Part shown: one piece after another, positions 1-9,300 of the stretch | How positions within the stretch are numbered: the stretch's first letter is position 1 | Layout of the letters: every line of letters begins with the position of its first letter | Notes under the pieces: model-generated | Seen by the model: the letters and a program-made list of their open reading frames with translations, nothing else | Told to the model about the DNA's origin: nothing | Databases searched by the model: none | Program-made: the position numbers and the translations under genes | Virus record (IMG/VR): IMGVR_UViG_3300027754_004386 | Coordinates: 1 to 62,652 of that record | Strand: one strand, 5' to 3' | Length of the DNA: 62,652 nt | DNA from: a virus | Taxonomy: Duplodnaviria; Caudoviricetes

Positions 1-496
1 AAAATGATGTTAATTGGTTATTATATAAAATTAAATAAGTTAAACTTGATAAATCAGTTCCATCAAATGAAGTTAATTGGTTGCTTTGGAGGTATAATTG
101 AGTCAAAGAGGATAAACCTGTTCCATCAAATGAAGTTAATTGGTTACCTTCTAATCCTAAAATAGATAAATCAGTTAAATCTGTTCCATCAAATGTAGTT
201 AAAAGGTTACCATATAGATTCAAATTAGTTAAAGCAGTTAAACCTGTTCCATCAAATGAGGTGATTTGTCTATTTGGTAATTCCAAACTAGTCATATCTC
301 CACTTGGAGTTCCATCGGAAAGACATGGAATAATTGTGAATTCACCGTTTGCGTTTGTTACAGTTGCAGTTGCTGATCCATCTGGGAATACAGATGAGTC
401 TGATCCATCATGGTTATATTTCCAATATGTGGTTGATGTAGTTACATAAATGTTAATATCATTTCCAACGGATTGTGCTGTTATGAATGTTGCCAT
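1..496 (-). CDS. Leucine-rich repeat protein, paralogue of 530..2290 (runs off the window start)
   Basis: Not in the ORF track because it has no stop in the window. ATG at 496 reads MATFITAQSVGNDINIYVT...FTIIPCLSDGTPSGDMTSLELPNRQITSFDGTGLTALTNLNLYGNLLTTFDGTD... with 21-aa LRRs. The start context (TTAAAAAATTTAAAAACTATGGCAACAT) is the same as for the gene starting at 2290. Confidence 0.85.
   Translation of the reverse strand, partial: MATFITAQSVGNDINIYVTTSTTYWKYNHDGSDSSVFPDGSATATVTNANGEFTIIPCLSDGTPSGDMTSLELPNRQITSFDGTGLTALTNLNLYGNLLTTFDGTDLTDLSILGLEGNQLTSFDGTGLSSLTQLYLQSNQLTSFDGTDLSSLTYLILYNNQLTSF
60..259. repeat. 63-bp periodic LRR-coding repeat (core CCATCAAATG)
   Basis: The core occurs at 60, 123, 186 and 249, exactly 63 nt apart, and recurs through about 1200-2070 in the neighbouring LRR gene. 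Confidence 0.85.
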
Positions 497-529
497 AGTT
501 TTTAAATTTTTTAAGTTATTTTATTTTTA

Positions 530-2290
530 TTATAAAGTCCAATAAACATTAACATATCCACCAAATGGACCATAACCCGCTGGTGCATATTGGATACAAT
601 TCCAAGTTTGTCCTTCAAATGTTACAACAGCACCAATATTATAAATCGTTCCACCATCCCATAATGGAGGTGCAGTTGTTGTAGTTGTAGTTGTTCCTCC
701 ACCACTATTAACACCTTTTATTCTTAATTTACCATTTCCTGATGGTGGTGTGATTAAATTAAGACCATCAAAAAACCACCCTCTAGCAAATAATGAATCA
801 TAATAAGATGTTCCGGCCGATGTTCTACCATTAATTGAAGTAAACGTTCCGTAATCTATACTATGATTATCTAACTGAGATAGAATACTATCATTAGATT
901 CAGGAGTCATTGGGTTACCTGTTAAATCAAGTATTTGTAAATTAACTAAACTTGAAACGTCCAATGAATTTAATTGGTTAGATGATAACCTTAAATCCAC
1001 CAAGCTCGGTGTTAAAGTTATAGATGTTAATTGATTACCATCAACCCTTAAATTTTGTAAATTAACTAAAGTAGAAACATCAAGATACGTTAAATAATTG
1101 TCACCCGCTTTACCACTTTGTAATGATAGAGAAGTTAAACTGGTTGGGAGTACAAAATCTTCAATAGTGGTTAACTCACAACCATTTAATTCTAAAGTAG
1201 TTAAGTTTGTTAAATCCGAACCATCAAATGAACTAATTGGGTTACTACTTAATACCAACTGAATTAACGAGTATAAACCAGACCCACTAAATGAAGATAT
1301 TGAATTATTAAATAAATTTAAACCCTGTAAATTACTAAGACCTGTACCGTCAAATGAAGTTAATAAATTATCCCCTAAATCTAATTGAGCTAAACTTGTT
1401 AAATCTGAACCATCAAATGATGTTAATTGGTTTTCCCCTAAAAATAAGCTTACTAAACTTGTTAACCCAGTGCTGTTAAATGATGTTAAATTATTACTAG
1501 TTAAATTTAAAGTTTGTAAATTACTAAGACCTGTTCCGTCAAATGGAGTTAATAGGTTACCAAATAAATTTAACGATGTTAATCCCGTTAAATTAGAAAT
1601 ATTTATACCCGATGTTAGATTATTAGTTGAGTCTAATTGAATTAGATTAGGTAGTGATGTTTCACTAGTATCAATCGTTGACATTCCATTACTAGATATG
1701 TCTAACGTTTGTAGACTTGATGGTAACAACATATCTGAAAATGACTCTATTTGATTATTAAACAGTTGTAGATTTAACAAAGAAGTTGAATTTGATAAAT
1801 CTAATGATGTTAAAGTATTAGAATTAATTTCTAAATATGTTAAATTCGTTAAATCAGTACCATCAAATGAATTTATTTGATTGTTGGTTAAATATAAGTA
1901 ATTTAAATTAATCAATCCATTACCTGAAAATGAAGTTAATTGATTAACTTGTAAATATAAGGTTGTTAAACTTGTTAAATCAGTACCATCAAATGACGTT
2001 AATTGATTATTAACTAGATTTAAACTTGTTAATGATGACAACCCAGTACCATCAAATGATGTTATTTGACTGTCAGTTAAAGTCAATTCTAATATTTCAC
2101 CACTAGTATTACCATCAATATCACAAGGTATTAACGTAATCTCAGGATTATCAACTGTAATGTTTGTGGAATTTTCAATTATCCAAGTTAAGGTTTCTCC
2201 TTGTTGTATTCTGAAGTATCCATTGGTTGTAATACAACCTACGTTATACATCATCTCACCCACAGGTATTGCTGTTGTAAATGTTGCCAT
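530..2290 (-). CDS. LRR protein (about 19 repeats, mostly 21 aa, IRREKO-like) with a Thr linker and a C-terminal CBM5/12-like module; putative adhesin or virion surface protein
   Basis: Repeats are LxxLxLxxNQLTSFDGT(G/D)Lxx. The C-terminus reads KLRIKGVNSGGG-TTTTTTT-APPLWDGGTIYNIGAVVTFEGQTWNCIQ...YWTL, matching the W...Y..G..V...G..W.C.Q pattern of ChtBD3/CBM12. Confidence 0.8.
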   Translation of the reverse strand: MATFTTAIPVGEMMYNVGCITTNGYFRIQQGETLTWIIENSTNITVDNPEITLIPCDIDGNTSGEILELTLTDSQITSFDGTGLSSLTSLNLVNNQLTSFDGTDLTSLTTLYLQVNQLTSFSGNGLINLNYLYLTNNQINSFDGTDLTNLTYLEINSNTLTSLDLSNSTSLLNLQLFNNQIESFSDMLLPSSLQTLDISSNGMSTIDTSETSLPNLIQLDSTNNLTSGINISNLTGLTSLNLFGNLLTPFDGTGLSNLQTLNLTSNNLTSFNSTGLTSLVSLFLGENQLTSFDGSDLTSLAQLDLGDNLLTSFDGTGLSNLQGLNLFNNSISSFSGSGLYSLIQLVLSSNPISSFDGSDLTNLTTLELNGCELTTIEDFVLPTSLTSLSLQSGKAGDNYLTYLDVSTLVNLQNLRVDGNQLTSITLTPSLVDLRLSSNQLNSLDVSSLVNLQILDLTGNPMTPESNDSILSQLDNHSIDYGTFTSINGRTSAGTSYYDSLFARGWFFDGLNLITPPSGNGKLRIKGVNSGGGTTTTTTTAPPLWDGGTIYNIGAVVTFEGQTWNCIQYAPAGYGPFGGYVNVYWTL

Positions 2291-2334
2291 AGTTTTTAAA
2301 TTTTTTAAACGTTTAATTTTTATTATAATTATTT

Positions 2335-2365
2335 AAAAAACATCAAGGATCGTCCCCCTTGATGT
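2335..2365 (-). terminator. Intrinsic terminator upstream of the LRR genes
   Basis: Perfect 9-bp stem ACATCAAGG/CCTTGATGT (2340-2365) followed on the minus strand by a T run. Confidence 0.65.
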
Positions 2366-2378
2366 AATTTTATTTTAT

Positions 2379-2412
2379 GATATTGGGAGGAGTATTTCAT
2401 CCTCCCTTTATC
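2379..2412. repeat. Conserved intergenic hairpin, copy 1
   Basis: GATA-TT-GGGAGGA-GTATTTCA-TCCTCCC-TT-TATC, identical to copy 3 (6290-6323). Confidence 0.9.
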
Positions 2413-2435
2413 TTTAAATATTGATAATAATTAGT

Positions 2436-4574
2436 TTATGAGATTAATTCTCTAATGTAAGATAAACCTCCACCATTATTTCCACCAGTCCATTGTGTGA
2501 ATTTAACTTTGTAGAATTTACCATCAAGTACATCCAACATAATCGCTTCTTTATTTAACATATCAAGTGGTGTTCCATTATGTACTTGGTACCAAGGAAC
2601 CATTGGTTTTGAATTAAATTCACCACTAATTACCATACTACTAGAACTATAACCACTATAATATGAATGAAGTTCAGATATGTTAATATTATTAATATCA
2701 AATGTGCTCCATATGTTTTCTAAATGATAATTTCGTGAACTGCCAAGTTCAACATTAAAAAACGTACCTATAGGTTCTGAAGCCCAAAGATGATTCACAC
2801 CACCCATAAAGGTATTGGCGTATGTAGAACCTTCATTTGAGTTAAATAAACCTTGGGTGTTACCACGTTTCAATTTTAAATAAGATGATATAACATCAAC
2901 ATCGGTACCATAGTTAGCCTTTTTAAACACTTTAACAGTTTGAGGTTGGAATGGTGTTGTGTAAACGTAAGGTACTGTTCCATCTACCGCTGTTATAGAC
3001 CCATCATTAGCAAAACCACCACCAGGTATTAAACCATTAATAATGATTATGTTAGTGTCAGTACCACCAGTTCCGATAGCAACGTTTGGTGTCGTTATTA
3101 AATGTTTATCACCATCAGTTCCAAGATAATATGCTTTACTTCCAACACTAAGTGGACCTTCAACTATGATAGTTGTTGTTCCATCCCAATCAGTAGTGCC
3201 CGTTAATTTCTCGGTAAATTTTACACCATAAATAGGGTCATAAGAATACAAGTCATAAGGGTTTGTTGTTGTAGTTGTTGTAGTCGGTTCAACATAATCA
3301 TTAACATAAGTCAATGTAAACATACTACCAATGTTAGTGATAACACCGTCAGTAATAATAAACGAGTAATCAGGGTTACCCATTTCATCACCAACTAATG
3401 GAATATGTGTTGGTATGTTTAGGCTAATGTTTAATAATTGTTTAACACCATTAGTATCCAAGAAATAGATTTCTTTACCTACTACCATATCACCATTTAC
3501 GACAAAATTAGTCGTACTAACCCATGGGTTTTGATAAGTTAATGAATTCGCCGCGGCATATTGCCCAATCCACTGATTTATATAGTTACCTGACGTTGAT
3601 GGGTCATATCCCGATAGACTATAAATTTTATCAACAGGTGAAGTTGTGGTAGTTGTTGTTGGAGCTTCAGTAGTAGTTGTAGTTGTTGTTGGAACAACCA
3701 TTCCATTCATACACAATACACCAATTTCATACGGACTTAACACTTTATCAAATAGCTTAATACTGTTTAAGTAACCATTTAATAATCGGTCACCACCAAA
3801 TGGTTGATTACCGAACATTGTGTTATTACCATATCCATTATACGAACCATAACCTTGTACGTCTAGACCTCCATTAACATAGATTTGTTTTAATCCATTT
3901 TCTTTATTGAAACAATATGTGATGTTATACCACACACCATTAGAAAGTACTGAATTACCAACCAAATCGTCATTCCAAAACGCCATCACAGGATGTCCTT
4001 GTCTTTCACCAAGTTGTAGACCCATACCACTACCTGATTGACCGTGACCAACGACACCATTATCGTTATATAAAGGTCTGTCCACACCATTGAATTTAAC
4101 CCAAGCGGATACAGTCCAAGAACCACCATTCCAGAATGAATCAGGAATTGATGACATATTAACGTAATCATCAATATGGTCAAAAAGGAATACATTATCC
4201 GTGTAAGTTGGATTATTCATTAAAGTACCGTTATAGTTACCTTGTTCGTCAACCCAAGTGTCACCACCTGTGTGATTAGCACCTTCTAAATAAACAACAG
4301 GAATTGATGGAACGTATTCGGTAGTAGTTGTAGTTGTTGTAGGTGCTTCAGTGGTTGTTGTGGTAGTTGTTGGTTCTTCAGTCGTTGTTGTTGTAGTAGT
4401 TGTAGATCCACCACCAAGAACGTAAACACCCGAACCTTCAACAAGGTAATTATCATCCGTTAAATAACCACTAAACTCATCATCAGGTGATTGGGTAGTT
4501 GTTGTAGTTGTTGTAGTAATTGGTATACCACTTCCACTATTAACACCCCTAATTCTTAATTTTTTCTGTGTCAT
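2436..4574 (-). CDS. Multi-domain Thr-linker protein with a LamG/concanavalin A-like domain; putative virion adhesin
   Basis: Several poly-Thr linkers. LamG signature SWTVSAWVK...WYNITY...IYVNG...LNGYLNSIKLFDKVLSPYEI. N-terminal KKLRIRGVNSG motif. C-terminal domain ends KVKFTQWTGGNNGGGLSYIR. Confidence 0.75.
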   Translation of the reverse strand: MTQKKLRIRGVNSGSGIPITTTTTTTTQSPDDEFSGYLTDDNYLVEGSGVYVLGGGSTTTTTTTTEEPTTTTTTTEAPTTTTTTTEYVPSIPVVYLEGANHTGGDTWVDEQGNYNGTLMNNPTYTDNVFLFDHIDDYVNMSSIPDSFWNGGSWTVSAWVKFNGVDRPLYNDNGVVGHGQSGSGMGLQLGERQGHPVMAFWNDDLVGNSVLSNGVWYNITYCFNKENGLKQIYVNGGLDVQGYGSYNGYGNNTMFGNQPFGGDRLLNGYLNSIKLFDKVLSPYEIGVLCMNGMVVPTTTTTTTEAPTTTTTTSPVDKIYSLSGYDPSTSGNYINQWIGQYAAANSLTYQNPWVSTTNFVVNGDMVVGKEIYFLDTNGVKQLLNISLNIPTHIPLVGDEMGNPDYSFIITDGVITNIGSMFTLTYVNDYVEPTTTTTTTNPYDLYSYDPIYGVKFTEKLTGTTDWDGTTTIIVEGPLSVGSKAYYLGTDGDKHLITTPNVAIGTGGTDTNIIIINGLIPGGGFANDGSITAVDGTVPYVYTTPFQPQTVKVFKKANYGTDVDVISSYLKLKRGNTQGLFNSNEGSTYANTFMGGVNHLWASEPIGTFFNVELGSSRNYHLENIWSTFDINNINISELHSYYSGYSSSSMVISGEFNSKPMVPWYQVHNGTPLDMLNKEAIMLDVLDGKFYKVKFTQWTGGNNGGGLSYIRELIS

Positions 4575-4611
4575 GTTTTTATTTTTTAAAGTTTAAATTT
4601 TTATTTTGTTA

Positions 4612-4638
4612 ATTGGGGGAATAATCATATCCCCCAAT
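4612..4638. repeat. Divergent intergenic hairpin, copy 4
   Basis: ATTGGGGGA-ATAATCATA-TCCCCCAAT. Same position (about 25 nt after a stop codon) and same TTGGG..GA/TC..CCC architecture as copies 1-3. Confidence 0.7.
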
Positions 4639-4662
4639 AATTAAATTAACAATAAAAGTTTT

Positions 4663-5811
4663 TTATGCCCCTGCTTTCGCCTGAGCCGAATTAGAAGTTG
4701 ACACATCACTTATTTTATATCCGAACACATAGATATCACAAGTTGCTGCAGAACCTTCAGATGTTTCCAATACAAAATACATCTCGTTAGAAACAAGAGT
4801 GTTCCCAAATAATTGAATTCCACCAGTTGTAGAAGTTGATTGACCAATTTGGTGAAAACCACCTAATCCTAATCCTAATCTACCACTATTACCAGCACCG
4901 ACCATAGTGTTAATAAAATTATTAGAGTTGGATAACATTTGAAGACTTGACCCATCCTCATCATTTGTTATAGCAATAATTGCACTTTCTAAATATGATG
5001 CAGGTTTTTTATCACCTTCAAAATCTTTTTCTTCCTCATCTTTGACCATAGAATTTGGGTCAATAGATAAGAACATGCCGTTTTCGGCGGTCTCAATAGA
5101 TGTTGAAGCATTTGTCATTAAGATATCTGTAATAACATAAACACCTGACTCATCAAATGTGATAGTTTGTATTGTACTAGGTACATAATCACCCATACTA
5201 ACAAAAGGAACAACAATTCCACTATCAAGTCCTGTGATTGTTACATTTGTCATATCCTCATCAGGGAACATAATTTGCATTTCAGGTAGATTTTCCCATA
5301 CTAAAGCTTTAACGTTAGATGTAAACATAGACTCTCCGCTACCACTAATACCATCACGAACCTCAACCAATCTTACTTGAGCCGTTACATCAGAAACAGG
5401 GAAATAAATTGATAATGTTTCTCCACTAATAAAATTAACGGTGTCACCATAACCACCAACTTCACCGATATTAACATTAATATATGGAAAACTTGTATGG
5501 TCTATATTTAAATCTGCACCTGTAAGTTTACCAATCATTTTAACAGCATTTGTTGCTGAACCTAAATTGTTAACTGTAAATGAAAGTTCATCAACCGCAG
5601 CCTTATTTTGTCTAGCTTGGTCAGCAATGAACGCAAAGTTACCTTCAAATTCACTAACAGTTAATGGAGCACCTTTTGTTGCTTTTCCATTATAAGAAAG
5701 GTCTTTAAGAACTAAAGAATACTGAGAATCATATTCAGTTGCGGATTTACCACCAAAATTAAGACCAGTTGATTCAACAGGAGATAATTGTTTTTGAAAT
5801 AAATAATTCAT
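4663..5811 (-). CDS. Putative tail fibre or virion protein
   Basis: N-terminal KGAPLTVSEFEGNF resembles the KGxxLTxxExDxNF anchor segment of myophage fibres, followed by a short coiled coil and a beta-rich region. Confidence 0.55.
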   Translation of the reverse strand: MNYLFQKQLSPVESTGLNFGGKSATEYDSQYSLVLKDLSYNGKATKGAPLTVSEFEGNFAFIADQARQNKAAVDELSFTVNNLGSATNAVKMIGKLTGADLNIDHTSFPYINVNIGEVGGYGDTVNFISGETLSIYFPVSDVTAQVRLVEVRDGISGSGESMFTSNVKALVWENLPEMQIMFPDEDMTNVTITGLDSGIVVPFVSMGDYVPSTIQTITFDESGVYVITDILMTNASTSIETAENGMFLSIDPNSMVKDEEEKDFEGDKKPASYLESAIIAITNDEDGSSLQMLSNSNNFINTMVGAGNSGRLGLGLGGFHQIGQSTSTTGGIQLFGNTLVSNEMYFVLETSEGSAATCDIYVFGYKISDVSTSNSAQAKAGA

Positions 5812-5839
5812 TTTTAATTTTTTTTTAAAATTTTTATAA

Positions 5840-5873
5840 GATATTGGGAGGAGTATTACATCCTCCCGTTATC
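5840..5873. repeat. Conserved intergenic hairpin, copy 2
   Basis: GATATTGGGAGGAGTATTACATCCTCCCGTTATC. It differs from copies 1 and 3 at two positions, both unpaired in the Watson-Crick stem. Confidence 0.9.
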
Positions 5874-5885
5874 TTGTTTATTTTA

Positions 5886-6263
5886 TTATAACCAATTTAT
5901 TGGTCTTTGATTGAAGTATTCAGATCCGCCATATTTTAAATAAATTTCTTCACCGGGTTCAATATCCCTTAAAGCAAAGAATTCAAATATCATATCACCA
6001 CCGTCTCTCCAATCGGCATTGTTTTGATTGTTGTGATTATACAAAGATCCATATCCTAAAGCAACAACATATGTTTGAGTGTTACCTTGTCTTGGATAAT
6101 AGAATCTATAGTCAGATAAAACATCTGAGTTATGTTGTACCTTTAATTTAAGTAGAGGTGTTGTTTCAATGGTTTCACCACTGAATATTTTTTCTTTTGC
6201 AAAAACACCTAATCCTTTATTTGGACTTTCTTTAACTTCAATTTTTGTTGGTACTTGTATCAT
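5886..6263 (-). CDS. SET-domain protein-lysine methyltransferase
   Basis: SET motifs KGLGVFA, SLYNH (NHS-like) and ALRDIEPGEEIYLKY in a 125-aa stand-alone domain. Confidence 0.9.
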   Translation of the reverse strand: MIQVPTKIEVKESPNKGLGVFAKEKIFSGETIETTPLLKLKVQHNSDVLSDYRFYYPRQGNTQTYVVALGYGSLYNHNNQNNADWRDGGDMIFEFFALRDIEPGEEIYLKYGGSEYFNQRPINWL

Positions 6264-6289
6264 TGTTTTTTATTTGACTTGTTTAATCA

Positions 6290-6323
6290 GATATTGGGAG
6301 GAGTATTTCATCCTCCCTTTATC
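6290..6323. repeat. Conserved intergenic hairpin, copy 3
   Basis: GATATTGGGAGGAGTATTTCATCCTCCCTTTATC, about 21 nt downstream of the stop of the 1523-aa gene. Confidence 0.9.
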
Positions 6324-6344
6324 TTGTGTTTTAACCTTTATGGA

Positions 6345-9300
6345 TTAGTTTACACCACCAAATGAAGTTCCAGAAGGAACACCATAGATATTGATTACAT
6401 CTGTCGCAGCAGGTGCATTATCAAATGTAACTGTAATACCACCATTTTGGGTGTATGCAAATGACATTCCTGATAATTGTACTAGACCGTTAATGAATAC
6501 AAGTTCAGTGTTTGGATGAACATAAGCCGTAAATGATGTAGCAATTCCATCAGGTGACTCATTGAATCCAACCATTGTAGGTCTGTTATCAATTACAAAG
6601 TTTCCAGTGTTATTTGACAAGTTGTTAACAGATGTTTCTACACTCATCACAGCATCAGATACTTCAGCAAATGAATCAATTGCTGTAAGGTCTGTGTTAG
6701 CGATTAAGTAAGATACTTCGTAAGACAACTCAGTTGCCAATGATGCTTCAGCAGCTTCTGCTCTTGAAATCTCAGAAGAAATCTCAGCCATCACGTCAAC
6801 TCCACCAACTTTCAAGATTGTCTCAACATCAACTTCACCTAAGAATGTACGGATACCAGATGCAGGAGCTGCAACTTCTTCTTTCAATTCAATTTGGTTA
6901 GTATCACCATTAAGAACGATAGTTGTTCCATCAACGTCAGCCAACGCTGCGATTTCAGTTGTTAAACTGTCAGCCAATGATTGGTCAGCAGCTAAACGAG
7001 CTGATTCTTCAGCAGATACTGCGTCAGATACCTCAGCGAATGAATCAATTGCTGTCAAGTCTGTGTTAGCTATCAAGTAAGAAACTTCGTAAGACAATTC
7101 TGTAGCTAAAGAAGCTTCAGCGTCTTGTGCTCTTGAAATTTCAGCTGATAGGTCAGCAGCCAATGATTGTTCAGCGATTTGTCTAGCATAATCAACCGCA
7201 TTTACTTGGTCAATTCTTGTAGATACCTCAGCAGACAAGTCAGATGACAATGATTGGTCAGCAGCTAAACGAATAGATGCTTCGTTATCAATTGCTACAA
7301 CTCTATCAGATACTTCTGTAGATAAATCAGCAGACAATACGGCTTCAACACTTGTTGCTCTTGCAACCTCTACAGACAATGAAGCAGCAGCTGCATCAGC
7401 CAATGTAGTGATAGCGTTGTTGATGTCTCCATCTGCACTTTGGAATGCACTAACGATTTCTGTCAATGAATCTAGAGCAGCTGGGTCAATGTTTGAAGTA
7501 ATGAAGTCGATTTGGTTCTGTAGAGACTGGTCACCTTCAACTCTCATAGATGATTCAGAATCTAAAGCGTTTGTCAATGACAAGTCAGCAGATACTCTTT
7601 CTATGATTTCTGTTTCCAAAGAAGATTCCAATGATTGGTCAGCAGCCAAACGAGTAGATGCTTCGTTATCAATTGCAACAACTCTGTCAGAGATTTCAGT
7701 AGATAATGAATTTTCTAATGAAACTTCAGCATCCATTGCACGAGATGTCTCATCAGCCAAATCAGAAGCTAATGAACCTTCAGCAGCCATTGCTCTTGAT
7801 TCTTCAGCGTCAACATCAGCGATTCTTGCAGATACTTCAGTAGAAAGTGCTGAGTCAATAGATGCGTTAGCCGCAGATAGATCAGTAGTGATTTTAGTTG
7901 ACAATGAACCTTCAGCAGCAATAGCACGAGACTCTTCAGCGTCAACGTCAGCAATACGAGCAGATACCTCATTTGACAATGATGTCGCTAATGAACCTTC
8001 AGCAACCATAGCTCTTGATTCTTCAGCGTCAACATCAGCGATTCTTGCAGATACTTCAGAAGACAAGTTAGATGCTAATGAACCATCAGCAGCAACTCTG
8101 TAAGAAGCTTCAGTAGATACATCAGACTCACGATGAGCAGTTTCAGCCGAAAGATCAGAAGACAATACAGCCTCAACAGACATTGCTCTTGTTTCTTCAG
8201 CGTTAACATCAGAGATACGAGCTTGAACTTCAGAAGACAAGTCTAAAGCTACAGATGCATCACCTGAGATACGTGCAACCTCTTCAGTAGAGATAGCAGC
8301 CTCACGGTCAGCAACTTCAGTGGATAAATCACCAGCTAATGATTGGTCAGCAGCCAAACGGATAGAAGCTTCGTTGTCAACAGCTAATGTCGCTGCACTT
8401 GCCAACGTTGTGATAGCGTTATTGATGTCACCATCCGCTGATTGGAATGCTCCAACGATTTCAGTTAATGAATCTAAAGCTGCTGGGTCTGTGTTAGAGA
8501 TTACGAAATCAACTTTAGTATTCAATGACAATTCAGCACTTGTAGCACGAGATGCTTCAGAAGCTAAATCAGAAGCCAATGAACCTTCAGCCGCGATAGC
8601 TCTTGATTCCTCAGCGTCAACATCAGCAACACGAAGAGATGCTTCAGCGTCAATGTTGTTTTGTAATGAAATCTCACCAACTACTCTTGTAGATGCTTCA
8701 GCAGAAATAGCTGAATCTACAGATGCATTAGCGTTTGATAAGTCAGTACCAATTTTAGTTTCCAATGAACCTTCAGCGGCTGTAGCACGAGATGCTTCAG
8801 AAGATAGGTCAGAAGCTAAAGATGCATCACCTACAACACGTAGAGAAGCTTCTGCTGAATCAGCAGCATTCATTGCATTCTCAAGAGATACGTCAGCTGA
8901 TATTCTTTCTGATGCTTCTTTGTTGATCGAATTGGTTCTAAGAGATACTTCTGTTGATAAATTAATTGATAATGAATTTTCAGCAGATTCTGCTCTACTT
9001 TGTTCTGAGTCAACATAATCTACTCTAGCTGCTATTTCTTCATATAATGCTGTAGCTAAAGAAGCGTCACCAGCAACTCTCATAGAAGCTTCAGCTGAAT
9101 CAGCTGCTTCCATTGCAGTTACGATAGACAATTCATTTGCGATGTGTTCACTATGTTCAGCAGCGATGTAGTTAGCTAATGAACCTTCAGCAGCGATTGC
9201 TCTTGATTCTTCAGCATCAACGTCAGCGATACGAGCAGATGTTTCAGAAGAAAGTCCTGAAGCTAATGAACCTTCAGCACTTGTTGCACGAGCAACCTCA

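Noticed and set aside
261-449. 62-aa plus-strand ORF and other short ORFs nested in or antisense to long genes (for example 3986, 13767, 16361, 37569, 45098, 51032, 55179, 60816)
   Set aside because: They overlap well-supported genes on another frame or strand and have no recognisable motifs.
1-2290. Diversity-generating retroelement acting on the LRR genes
   Set aside because: There is no reverse transcriptase and no template/variable repeat pair with adenine-specific differences in the window.
2379-6323. Hairpin repeats as a CRISPR array or true integron attC sites
   Set aside because: The copies are separated by whole genes rather than 30-40 nt spacers, there is no cas gene or integrase in the window, and the attC core boxes are absent.
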